Origin: Callorhinchus milii
Taxonomy: Eukaryota
Assembly (NCBI RefSeq): GCF_018977255.1
Contig: NW_024704742.1
Location: 98,270,001 to 98,334,000, forward strand
Reading direction: 5' to 3'
DNA length: 64,000 bases
The translations under genes and the position numbers were made by a program. Under the pieces are notes generated by a model. The model saw only the letters and a program-made list of their open reading frames with translations, did not search any database and was not told where the DNA came from. Shown here piece by piece: positions 36,513 to 47,660 of the stretch. How positions within the stretch are numbered: position 1 is the stretch's first letter; each line of letters begins with the position of its first letter.

Positions 36513-39500
36513 GAAATTACCAGTTTGTCTTTCAATACTAACAAGTGGAAGTCACAATTATTATCACTCCAAGTCCCATTGACGAAGATCAAAAATTAGA
36601 TCCCAATATGGCTATGTTATATCTTTAGCCCTTGCTGTAAGCAAAGTGGTCATTGTATTCAACTGCTATACACAGTAACCACACTTAAATGTAATTAATG
36701 TTAAGTGCTTTGAGATATTTTTACACTATCATATTGAAATAGAAAGATAAGACTTGGGCCTTTTGATCAGTTAAAAAAACTACTTTGACTTTTTTCTCCC
36801 ATTTCTAAAATGGATGGTGGGAACCAAGACAAAGACGAATTGGGATAACAAGTGTTTTAAAATTAGATTTTGTTGAAGTAAATTGTTAGTAAAAGGTAAA
36901 ATGAGCTTGAAACAATACAATCAGGAGTAAAATATAAGAAAGAAGGGAACAAATGGTAAAAATATAAAACAGGATAAGTATATTTAATCAAAAAATGTTT
37001 GCTTAAATTGCAATTTGAATCTTAGGGCATGACCTTTCCCTTAGGGGTTGCAGTGAATCAATTGTGCACTTCCTATATTAGATGGAAAAATTGCAGTCAT
37101 GGTGAACTTGGACATCCAAGATGTTAGCACTTAAAGTGATTGCAAGCAATGCACCTGGGCAGCTATTAAGGTTGTGTGTTTGTGGAGGTGTCTTTAAATG
37201 AACTGTATCGTCTTTAGGACCAATTGGTTACCAAATAATTGAATGCGTCAAATAATTATTGAAATCATTGAATCCATGTCCAAATTCTTCATTGGCAATT
37301 TCCTAGTCCTATCCAGAGCACTTAATACTGTTTATCCTTAGGTTCTCATTGGATTGCATTTTTGTTGGCAATAACCCTTCACTTTATTTGAACCTCTATG
37401 ATCAAAATAAAAAGAGCTTAGAACTGGCTTTGGACACAACCTCTCTGCCAACGTGAGAAGTCTTTAGAAATAAACAGAGAATTCAATTGATCACACCAGA
37501 TTTCTTCAACACGTTTAATAATGTTTACCCCATAAAATAAATTAGAGTAAGTCTGGAGCCATCCTTTGGTAAGAGTTTGGATGCCCCCCCAGTTTGGGAT
37601 CTCTCCCTCACAGACCTAAATATAGAATGGTATCCTTCTGCTCAGTATCCTTCCTCTCCACTTTTGGAAACCTTCTAAAAAATATACCTCTGCTCCTTCA
37701 ATCATCATCTTCATTGCCCAACCCCTCACCCTCCTGCATCTGCTACCCTGCTGTGGCTGCTACCCTATTTCTGTAAAGTGCTTGGAGACATTTATCCAGG
37801 TAAAAAGTGATATATAAGTGAAGTGAAGTTGTTTTTGTTGTTTTACCCCAGGAACAAACTAACATTGGAAGCTCATTATACTTTAGACTTGTGCAAGAGT
37901 TCTCTGTATCCTCAGTGAAAATTTTCACGTTTCTTTCCAGGGTTTATACAAAGGGAAGCAGCACTGGTCCCTTCTCAGTGTGATTTGTTTGTTCACACAG
38001 GAAAGGCCTTGTCCCTCTCTCCCCAATGTATTTTGTTTGCAATTATTTAAACAAAACACAGCATATGCCACATTTGTACTATTTCTGGCTTCTAAAAGAT
38101 ACACTAAAGATCCTTAAAGTTATAGCACAGCCCATCAGTTAAGAAGCACGAGTCTCATTATTAGGAGAAATCAAAGTTAAGTAAAATTCTGTGATTTGTG
38201 TTTATCAGAACACAATTCACCAACAGTCACAGTACTTTACAGTGTATCCTATGAAGGTCTTTGAGATGTCCTCCTCATGTAAAATGCGATATATCAAATG
38301 CAAGGATTATTATTATTAGAATACAAACCTATAATATATTTAAGAACTAACTGAAAAAAATGCAGATGCTCTATTTATTAATATCTTGCCAAAAACAGAC
38401 CAGGATTTTTTTACAAAGTAATTATGATACAAGTGGAACACACCTCACAGCCCATAACACGTGGCTGTATGGTGAGGGTATAAGCCATTGGGTCCTGAGT
38501 GTAATGAACAGCTTATCACCTCTAGTCCATTCAAGGATGCTGTTGATACAGTTTTATTTCCCATTTAAAATATAGATACAGCTGCTTTCATTTATTTATT
38601 GTGGGAATGTTTCAGCTGCTTCATTGATTCAGGTGAGGGTTTCTCCATGTGGAAGTGAGAGATCACCAGAATTTGAGGAGTTTGTGTGGATGGGGGTGTT
38701 TGTTGCAGGGGTTAGGATTTGCCTTATTTGGAGGAGCTGGTTGTCAATTGTTATGCCTGCTTTACGCACATTAAAGTAGATTGAGAAATACTCTAAATAC
38801 ATTAGCTTTCAGCTCTATACATGCCTTCTGGACAAAATAAGCCTCAACAGTCAAAGTCCTCCAGTCCTTCAATGCACTCCCTCCTGACCAGCTGCATCTC
38901 TACCTCCTCTCGGAGTATAAGTTCCCCTTTGTTGCCTTTAGTTAAAGGCTGTTTTGTATGACAAAGCAAAGAAGAAATAGGTGATTGTCCAATCATCTGT
39001 ACATTTGCTGACCTTGATGGGTGGCACATCTGATCCTTTTCTGTTGGGTAAATATCGTGACCTTGAATGTGTGAGCCTTTAATGAGATATTCCCACAGGG
39101 AGGCAGATTTCTTGATGGATATCTTAATTCACTTGAAAAAGTTTTATCCTGCATCTCGCCATCAGGGGCCTACACGTTTCACCCACAAAATACACAGTCA
39201 ATGCACTTTACAGTATATCCTGTGAAGTGCTTTGAGATGTCTTAACAACGTGATAAGGCGCTATATCAAATTAAAGGATTTAAATTAAAAAATAAACCCC
39301 CACATCTCTGGAACTTGATTAATTTTCTGCTGGTGCAATGTAAGTTAATTCAGAAATATTATGGAATGAGGATTCTTTCTTTGTTGGGGAAGATAGGGAT
39401 GGGTTGAATACACACCACAAGTCAGTGAGAGTTACATGGTGCCTGTTGAGGGAATATCTGAGGAAAGACAAAATAATTCCAGATGTGCTGTTATCACACA

Positions 39501-41242
39501 GTATGATTAATTTTGCATTTCAGTTGATTGTGATAACACCTCTTCATCTTGTTGGAATTTATTCAAATATCAGTTGTATGAATTTAAGTTTCATCTGTTT
39601 TGGATGGGATCAATGTGTTTCAAACAACCACAGTTTAATGCCTTTCGGGAATGCTGTGCATACCATTGAAATAATAAGGGACATTCCAGGGCAATCAAGA
39701 ATAAGAAGCTGAAAGAAGGAGGAAGGCAAAAGTCTTGGATCTGAAGTCTACTGCAGCCTGGGGAGAAATCAGTTGGAATCCTTTACTGAGAGGAGAGAAA
39801 CACACACACACCTCAGCCAGCCCATGATCTTTCCTTCATTTGTTGAGTGAAAACAATCAAACAAAGATAGAAGTTGCTGAAATATCTGAGTGTCAAGGAC
39901 GATGTTCCTGTGCACCAGGTTTATTAGTTCAATAATCTCTAATGCAGTAATGGATTTGTGAAAAGTTCAGCTTTTTAATGTTCAGCTGCTTTGATATCAG
40001 TGAGACAGTTAACCTGCCACAGGGCGGTAGGACAAGCACCACATTCACAGAGCACCAGGTTCCTGTATTACAGTGCCCATGCTTGTTTTACAAAGTCGTC
40101 AGCATTAGCATTTTCTCAGAAAACAATAATCCTTGCCGATTCTTCCTTCACCTCCAGCCAAACTGCGTAATTGTTGCATTTGTTCCAGTCACTGCCAGAT
40201 GACAGCTGCTGCCAAATATCTCAGGATTTTAATTAACAAGGACCAGTACAGGCAGATTAAATGTCAGATCATTCTTTGTGACTAAACATTGTTTTACCAC
40301 TTACTTCTTAGTTCAAAAGATCCATTTATTGAATCGGATAAAATGCCGTGCCGCATTATTGACCCGATTTCCAATGATCAGAACTCTGTTGTTACATTTT
40401 AATTAAAACAATATTACCCTTCGGGCATAAAGTCATATTCAGTGCATTGTGAATTAAATGCCCTTGAGAAAATGAATTTGATGAAATCAACTGTATATAT
40501 TACACACCTACTTTCATTTCTTTCTTATTCTTAAGTAAGGTGACAAAATATGCAAAGAATTGCATTCCTTTAAAGTTCCCGTGAATTAACATGAAACAAA
40601 TGAAAGAAAACTCCACAGGTCAAGTAAAGAGGTTCCAATGGCACATGAATATAATGCATATTACAAGATCTCCCTTGTGGTATGCGATTTGTTTAAATTT
40701 TCAGGGCTCTTTCTGTGATGTGAAATTTTGCTCGTTTCTTTTCTGAATGAACTTTTTATTATGGAACACAAATAATGTATAAGTGGACAGATTTCAGAAT
40801 TCAGGATTTACAGCACTATTAAAAAAAGGTTGACTACTCCTAACATTTCAAACAGTCACTGAAAAATTGTTTACCTGATTTGACCTGAGATAGGGTGCTG
40901 GGAGAAGCTCCTACACAGCACAGAGTGAAATAAAAGCATTCAGATTAAAAAAGTGTTTCTCAGGAAAACATTAGCATTACTTGGTGGCTTGCCATCGGAA
41001 GGTGCGTGTTGCAGCATAAACTTCCCAACAGGGAATAACTTGTGCACCATTCTGACTTGTGAGACATTGGTTATCATCAGAAATCCCTCTGGAGTCAAGT
41101 TAGTAAAAATTCCATTCAGTGCTATACTAATAACCCTTGCATTTGATATGGCGTCTTTCAAGTCGGGAAGATGTTTCAAAGCGCATTCACAGGATCCCCT
41201 GCAATGTGCAGGAACTTCACATTTTTAAAAAAAACAAAACTC

Positions 41243-41550
41243 TACAACAACAACTTGCATCTATATAGCACCCTTCACCTGGAGCAGTATCTCGGAATGC
41301 AGCAGCAAAAAGTTGCACTTAGCAATGTCCACAAAACAGTCATGAAGTGAGTGATCAATTTAATTTGGGGATTGTTAGCCAGGACACCAGGAGAAACTCC
41401 TTTCTCTTTTCGAATGATCTAATGGGATTTGTAACATCTCATCTGAAGGATGGACGGCACCTCCAAAAATGTAGAATACCCCAAGCACCTCATTGGGGTG
41501 TCATCTTGGACTTCATGACTTCAAAGTCCTGACTTGGGTCTTAAATGTGG
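41243..41550 (-). mobile_element. Deu-domain SINE
   Basis: GCCAGGACACCAGGAGAAACTCCTTTCTCTTTTCGAA…TCTCATCTGAAGGATGG. Confidence 0.7.
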
Positions 41551-42186
41551 GATTAAGGGTATATGCGACTAAAATGGGAATTCTCATCACTATGCGAACA
41601 ACACTGACCAGAATTGTTAACCAAAGACCGTGTAAGTCACTGTAAAGTATGGGGTTCATTGCTGGAGCCACAGTTTGCGTGAGAGGTACTGTTTCTGTCA
41701 GTGAGTCGACAGTGACACAAGTGCTTTTCCTGAGGACCCTTGTCTCAACTACATTTAAAAATGAGTTAGGAAAATAATGAAACTGAGCACCCCCAATGGA
41801 GGTTTAGGAAAAAGCAAAAGCAGATAAGGAAGCAATAAAATGTGAAATTTCAGCACAATTTTGCAACCAAAATATGGAAAGGAGTGGGACATTAGAGGAG
41901 GCAATTCAAGATGTTAAACTTGACATGCAAAACATCAAAGATAAAGATAAAATGCTGCTTCATTGGTCAGCGATGTTTTTAGCATCATTTTTAGTGATTA
42001 TATTATAGTTGGAGTTTCCATAAAGCTGTTCAGTATTCCAAAGATTAAAGGTTATGCATTCGGAGGTTGGTTTTACTAGGTTGGGTCGACTGATTCTCTA
42101 CCAATGTACATATATGAGCCCCATGATTGGTAAGGTATTGGTGTGCAGCAAACACAAGCTTTTGTTTGCAGTTCATTGAGTTACCT

Positions 42187-42400
42187 ATACACAGAAAACA
42201 AATGAATAACCACAGTTGTATCTTCATCCACCTCCTCCTCCATTTTGGTAGAGTCTTTTTTAATCTTCTAAAGTTCCTCCAATTCTTTCTGTAGTAATTT
42301 TGTTCTGTTTCTTGCTCCAAATTCTGTTGTGGACTTTGTTTCAATTTTTCCTCAATTTTCCTCAGTTCCAGAAACCTGTTCACGCTGTCGCGTGTGTCTA
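42187..42400 (-). pseudogene. SPC24: Degraded SPC24 (NDC80 kinetochore complex) fragment, apparently intronless
   Basis: One frame reads LLQKELEEL*KIKKDSTKMEEEVDEDTTVVI…SVY, versus recalled human SPC24 YLTRELEELKEIEADLERQEKEVDEDTTVTIPSAVY. The upstream frame DTRDSVNRFLELRKIEEKL resembles ETQDGAEKQLREILTMEKEV. It has a frameshift, a stop and an apparent internal deletion. Confidence 0.75.
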
Positions 42401-42503
42401 CAAAATACACGGTCATTACACTTTACATTAAAGCTTGTGAAGCTCTTTGAGATGTCCTTCTGACATGAAAGAAACAGTATCAAATGCAAGGATTATTATT
42501 ATT
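42401..42503 (+). mobile_element. 5'-truncated SINE tail abutting the SPC24 fragment
   Basis: CAAAATACACGGTCA…GAAGCTCTTTGAGATGTCC…CAAATGCAAGG(ATT)n. Confidence 0.8.
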
Positions 42504-44859
42504 TTTCATATGTCAAATATGTGCATTTGCTCTGCTGCAACAAACTATTAATATTCATTCCCGCTGTAACATGGCCACAGAACAGCCTTTCCTATACCCA
42601 TGGAATATCGACACGTTAGTGGTCAAGGGTGATTTTACAAAGTAGGTCAAGTTTTTAATGTTTTCATTGCAATATAATTTTTTTTATAGCAGGAGTTTTC
42701 ACAAAGCATTCCAAGCATGAAATATTAATTCATTCGGAGGTTGCTTTCATCATACTGGGGCCAAACAATGTACCACTAATGTACATTTACTAGCTCCATG
42801 AATTGTAATCCATTGGTGTGCAGCTTGTTTGCAGTTCATTGGGTTACCTGTGCCTTTCGGCTCTCACAGTGACATGTCCATATTTCGTGACTAGCAACCG
42901 TGCAACATGCAGCCTTTATATAACCAACTAAAAATTGTTCCCTTACAGTAAAGACTCTGGCTGCAAAAAGGAGATTTTATTTGCAGTAATTTCTAGGAAA
43001 CAGAACTGTGAACAATGTCGCAGCCTATTCAGTGCAGTGAAGAATGCTAATGTGAAGAGTATTCCACTTTCCCTTAGCCTGACAGCACACAACAGATAAA
43101 TCAGGATCAATACAGCCCTCACACATAGACTCAGCAGTCAGTGCATTCCCGAAGATAACATAGCAGTTCAACCTCCATTCACCTGTCAAATGAATGGATG
43201 AGAAATCGGGGCATATGTTTAGATAGGCATGTATTTATTTTTTAACATTAACTCAGTAATTGTGTACCATCAGTTGCTGAGGATGTGCTTTGTGGATTCA
43301 GTGGGAATTCCTGTAGGCATTCTGGACTATTGGACCATAAATAACACTGCACATGGGTGACATATTTGAAGTGACACAAGAAAAATAGGTGGAGCCTAAG
43401 TAAGTGCCCTGTAATACCACTGTGTAAGAGCATGTTTATGTGGCATCAGAATTACAGTCTAAGCAGATATATGCTGACATCACGCTAATGCTTTTCTATT
43501 CAGAGGTTGTTGCTTCAATATTACTACCTGTAAATAAAATAAACTTCTGTATTCTTTACCATGTCGTGCTTCTGTATTTTTTCATTTACCCTTCCTAACC
43601 TAAGTCATTTTTCAACATGACTTCCCACGTTCCCAGAGTATACGCTCAGCACAAGTTCACATTGGTGAATAAATCATGTTCAACACGCTACAGAAATAAA
43701 AATGGCTTTTGTTTAATTACCAGAAGCAATGACATGAAACAAAACATGAACAAACTGTCATTTAACTAATTGTTTGAAAAAAAATCAACTCTCATGGATA
43801 ACAGGCTTGATTTAAAAAATCAAAGTACATTCTGATAAATAAGCAGTGTCATCTTTCAATAAAAAAAGCATGGTGAGAAAGAAAAGGGTGTCTGTGTTGC
43901 ATTTTCAAATGATAGTGCTTATTCCTTCTAATGATAATAATATAACAATAACAATAATTTAATATAGTGCTTTTCACTTCGGGAGGATGTCTCAAAGCAC
44001 TTCACAGGATATAGTGACTGTGTATTTTGTTAGCGAACTTGGCAGCCAATTTGCACATAGCAATATCTTATAAAACTTTCTACCAAACAGTTCTGCCAGA
44101 GTTATTCTTACTTTTAATTGTACAATTCTTTTAAAAAAACTCCTTTTGTTTCTTAGTTTAGTGAGAGATGAGAGATGAGGAATGAAGAACACAGATCATA
44201 GAAAACCACTGAATGCCTGTCACAGAGCTATCTTATCAGCAGCAGCCTTGGATATGTCAGCAAAACAAGTAAAGGCTACAGGGGCTTCCTGTAGATCAGT
44301 CAGGATCAGATAATTTCAATGTAAAAACATAGCAATAGCAGCATGTCCATCAACACATGATTAGAGTCTTGAATTTAAAGCATCCCAGGGGAGGAGGACC
44401 CCTGTGCCTGATTACAGAGTGCGCTTACAAAATATCTTTTTCTGTCATTCTCTTGTAGCCTTTCTGCTCTAAGGCATAAACTAATAGACCACAGAAATGA
44501 CAATCAAAAATATTTCTCAGTAGCTGCAACAAAAGGAACGATTCGATAATCCAACACTTTGAACTTTCTGTTGTGACAGGTGACATATTGGGCTCTTACA
44601 ATTATATGATTACACAGATTGGAATTACCTACCGACAAGCGACTGAAATGGAAAGTTGTAAGTTATTACCACAGTGCCCTACAATTATCAGCACAACAGT
44701 CTCAATTTGCCATACATCATGTTGGATTGACTCGAGTTGTTACGTGCAAGGTATTTGTAATGTATACTATAATTTGCGTATAGCTGGAAGCAAAGACAGT
44801 CCTATGATTTGACTGTGCGTTCACCAACTCTAGGCTTGACTTCTTCATTGTTTTGCTCT

Positions 44860-45300
44860 CTGGCCTCCCTTGGGATCTTCCCTCCACAATCTCCAGATCA
44901 TCTTGAGCTCTACATTCTACTTTCTCTCCTTCACAGTACTCAACGATTCCATCGTCCCTTCCGCTCCAGACTTCCAGCTCCGTATCTCCCAGCAATGCAA
45001 CTTTAAAATCCACGTCCTTACATTCAAATGCCTCCAAGGGTTTGCCCCATCCTTACCATGTTGAGCTCCTGAATTTCTACTCTTCCTGTCCATTCCCTCT
45101 GCTCTGGCCACTCTGACTTGCTTCATGACCCCCACCTCTGTGGTTGAGATTTGAGCCATTTCTCTCCTTCTCTGGCACTTTCTACCAAAATTCCTCCATC
45201 TACCCCCCCACCCCCCCCCCCCCCCCACCCCGTTTTCTTTCCAAACCTGTCTGAAAACCAATCTCTTTGACCTTCAGTCACCTTCCCCAACCCACAATCT
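44860..45300 (+). mobile_element. Old L2 3' fragment
   Basis: SSLHNLQII…FKIHVLTFKCLQGFAPSL; FQTCLKTNLFD-like segment. Confidence 0.7.
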
Positions 45301-45408
45301 CCCATCAAGAGTAGGTTCACTGACCATCTAGGTATGGCAATTTGAGACAGAATCTTACATAAAAAGCATTGTAAAAGTGTAAACAAACTCTTGTTGTTAT
45401 ACCTTGTG

Positions 45409-45858
45409 TTTCATAGATTCATAGAATGTTACGGCACAGAAGGAGACCATTCGGCCCATCGAGTCTGTGCCGGCTCTTTGACAGAGCAAGTCACTTTCAC
45501 TAACCGCAATCACCAGCTTTCTCCCCATAACCCTGCAAACCTGTCTTCCCCAGATACCTATCCAGTTCTCTCTTAAAAGCTGTTATCGAATCGGACTTCA
45601 CTGCCCTTTCGGGCAGAACATTCCAAATTCGAACAACTCGTTGAGTGAAAAAATTCCTTCTAACCTCCCCTCTGCTTCTTTTGGTAGATATCTTAAGACT
45701 GTGACCATGGGTCACAGACACACCTACCAGCGAAACAGCTTTTCCTTATCTAGCCTGTTGAAACCTTTTATGATCTTGAAGACCTCTATCAGGTCCCCGC
45801 GTAACCTTCTCTGCTCTAATGGGAAAAGTCCTAACTTCTCCAGTCTGTCCTCATAGCT
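45409..45858 (-). mobile_element. CR1 3' part (host of an L2 insertion)
   Basis: [28 protein letters not shown]…FFTQRVVRIWNVLP; (TTCATAGA)n tail on the + strand. Confidence 0.93.
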
Positions 45859-47112
45859 AACAACAACAACAACAACAAGATTCCATTTATAGAGTGCCTT
45901 TCACATCGGGAGGACGTCCCAAGGCGCTGTACAGTTGGGTTAAGCCCCGATTAAGGGGGAAATGGTCAGGGTGAGGGGAGGGAAGGGAGGGAGCGAGGAG
46001 GGGGTAGAGAGTCAAGAGGGGAGCTGAAGACACGGTCAAAGAGAAAGGTCTTCAGACTGGCCTTGAAGGAGGAAAGGGAGGAGGCGGCGAAGGCACTGGG
46101 GGATAGAGTTTCAGAGCCTAGGAGCTGAGAGGCTGAAGGCCCGGCCACCGATGGTAGGGCAGTTGGGGCGGGGGATGTAGAGCAGACCGGAGCCAGAGGA
46201 ACGGAGGGTATGGGCGGTTAGGTAGGGGGTTAGTAGGTCAGAGAGGTAAGAGGGAGTAAGGCCGTGAATGGCCTTGTAGGTGAGGATGAGGATCTTGAAT
46301 TCGATCCTCTGGGGGATGGGGAGCCAGTGGAGGCGAGCGAGGGTGGGAGTGATGTGGTCGCGAAACCTGGTACGGGACAGTACACGAACTGCAGAGTTAA
46401 TAATAATAATAATTATAATAATTCTTGCATTTGATATAGCGCTTTTCTGAATGACCTGCAGCTTGTGGAGGGAGGTGCCGGGAAGGCCGGCGAGGAGAGA
46501 GTTCCCATAGTCCAGCCTTGAGGTGATAAAGGCGTGGACCAGAGTTTCAGCAGCGTGAGGGGTGAGGTAGTGCCGAAGTCTGGCGATGTTTCGGAGCTGA
46601 TGGAAGGCGGTGCCAGTTGTGGCGCGGATATGAGGAAGAAAGGACCGCTCAGGGTCGAACAGAACCCCGAGGTTCCTGACTGGCTTTGAGAGATGGAGAG
46701 TGCAGCCTTGGATGCTGATGCTGTCAGTGCCTGAGGTGCGGAGGCGCTGACGTGAGCCAATCAGGAGGGCCTCAGTTTTGTGCACGTTGAGCTGAAGAAA
46801 GTTGTCTCTCATCCAGGACTCGATGTCAGACAGGCAGGCTGTCAGGACATCGGTGGTCGTGGAGTTGAGGGTAGAGGAGGAAAGGTAGAGTTGGGTGTCA
46901 TCCGCAGACATGTGGAAGTTAACCCCATTTCTGCGGATGATGTCACCAAGGGGGAGCATATAGAGGGTGAAGAGGAGGGGACCGAGGACAGAGCCCTGGG
47001 GGACACCGCACGAGACAGTGCGGGAGTTGGAGGAAAAGCCGTTTGTGGAAACAAAATGAAGACGGTGGGAGAGGTACGATCTAAACCACTCAAGGACAGG
47101 GTCTTGAAGGTT
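45859..47112 (-). mobile_element. 5'-truncated young L2 (same family as the 10-13 kb copy)
   Basis: Highly similar to ~10000..11193; [27 protein letters not shown]; (CAA)n tail on the + strand. Confidence 0.97.
46399..46446 (-). mobile_element. 48-bp SINE 3' tip inserted into the L2
   Basis: Interrupts GAGTT|CTGAATG, which is intact near 10525-10535, and adds [16 protein letters not shown] in frame. Confidence 0.92.
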
Positions 47113-47660
47113 CCCCATTCCTGGTATCATTCTCGTGAATCTCCTCTGCACCCTTTCCAGTGTCTTAATGTCCTTCCTGAAGTAAGGTTCCTAGAACTGG
47201 ACGCAGTACTCCAGCTGAGGCCTAACCAGTGTTTTGTATAGATTAACCATAACCTCCCTACGCTGAAACTCTATGCCCCTACTAATAAAGCTCAGTACAC
47301 CAAATGCCTTTTTTACTGTCTTATCTACCTGCCCCGCTACCTTTAATGATTCACTTACTTGAACACCCAGATCTCTCTGTACGTTCACCCCCCTTAAGAT
47401 TGAGCTACCAAGTCTATATTGCTTCCAATCATTTTTCCTATCTAAGTGTATCACCTCACACTTATCCACATTGAAATCCATCTGCCACATGTCAGCCCAT
47501 TCCACCATTCTGTGTATGTCTGCTTGCAGTTGGTTACAGTCCTCCTCACTATTTACTACCCTACCTAACTTTGTTTCATCTGCAAACTTAGAAATAGTGC
47601 TCTCTATGTCCAAGTCCAGATCATTAATATATATTAGAAAGAGCAGTGGTCCCAATACCG
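47107..47660 (-). mobile_element. CR1 ORF2 RT fragment (5' part of the split CR1)
   Basis: GPLLFLIYINDLD…SKFADETKLG…LVRPQLEYCVQF*…[14 protein letters not shown], which continues as SYE at 45858. Confidence 0.95.

Noticed and set aside
37080-37312. Weak inverted repeat (AAATTGC…TTGGACAT / ATGTCCAA…GCAATTT)
   Set aside because: Probably an old MITE, but too degenerate to define by eye.
42045-42416. 123-aa ORF as an intact gene
   Set aside because: It starts in an antisense SINE, only a short part is in the SPC24 frame, and the best SPC24 match is in another frame with a stop.
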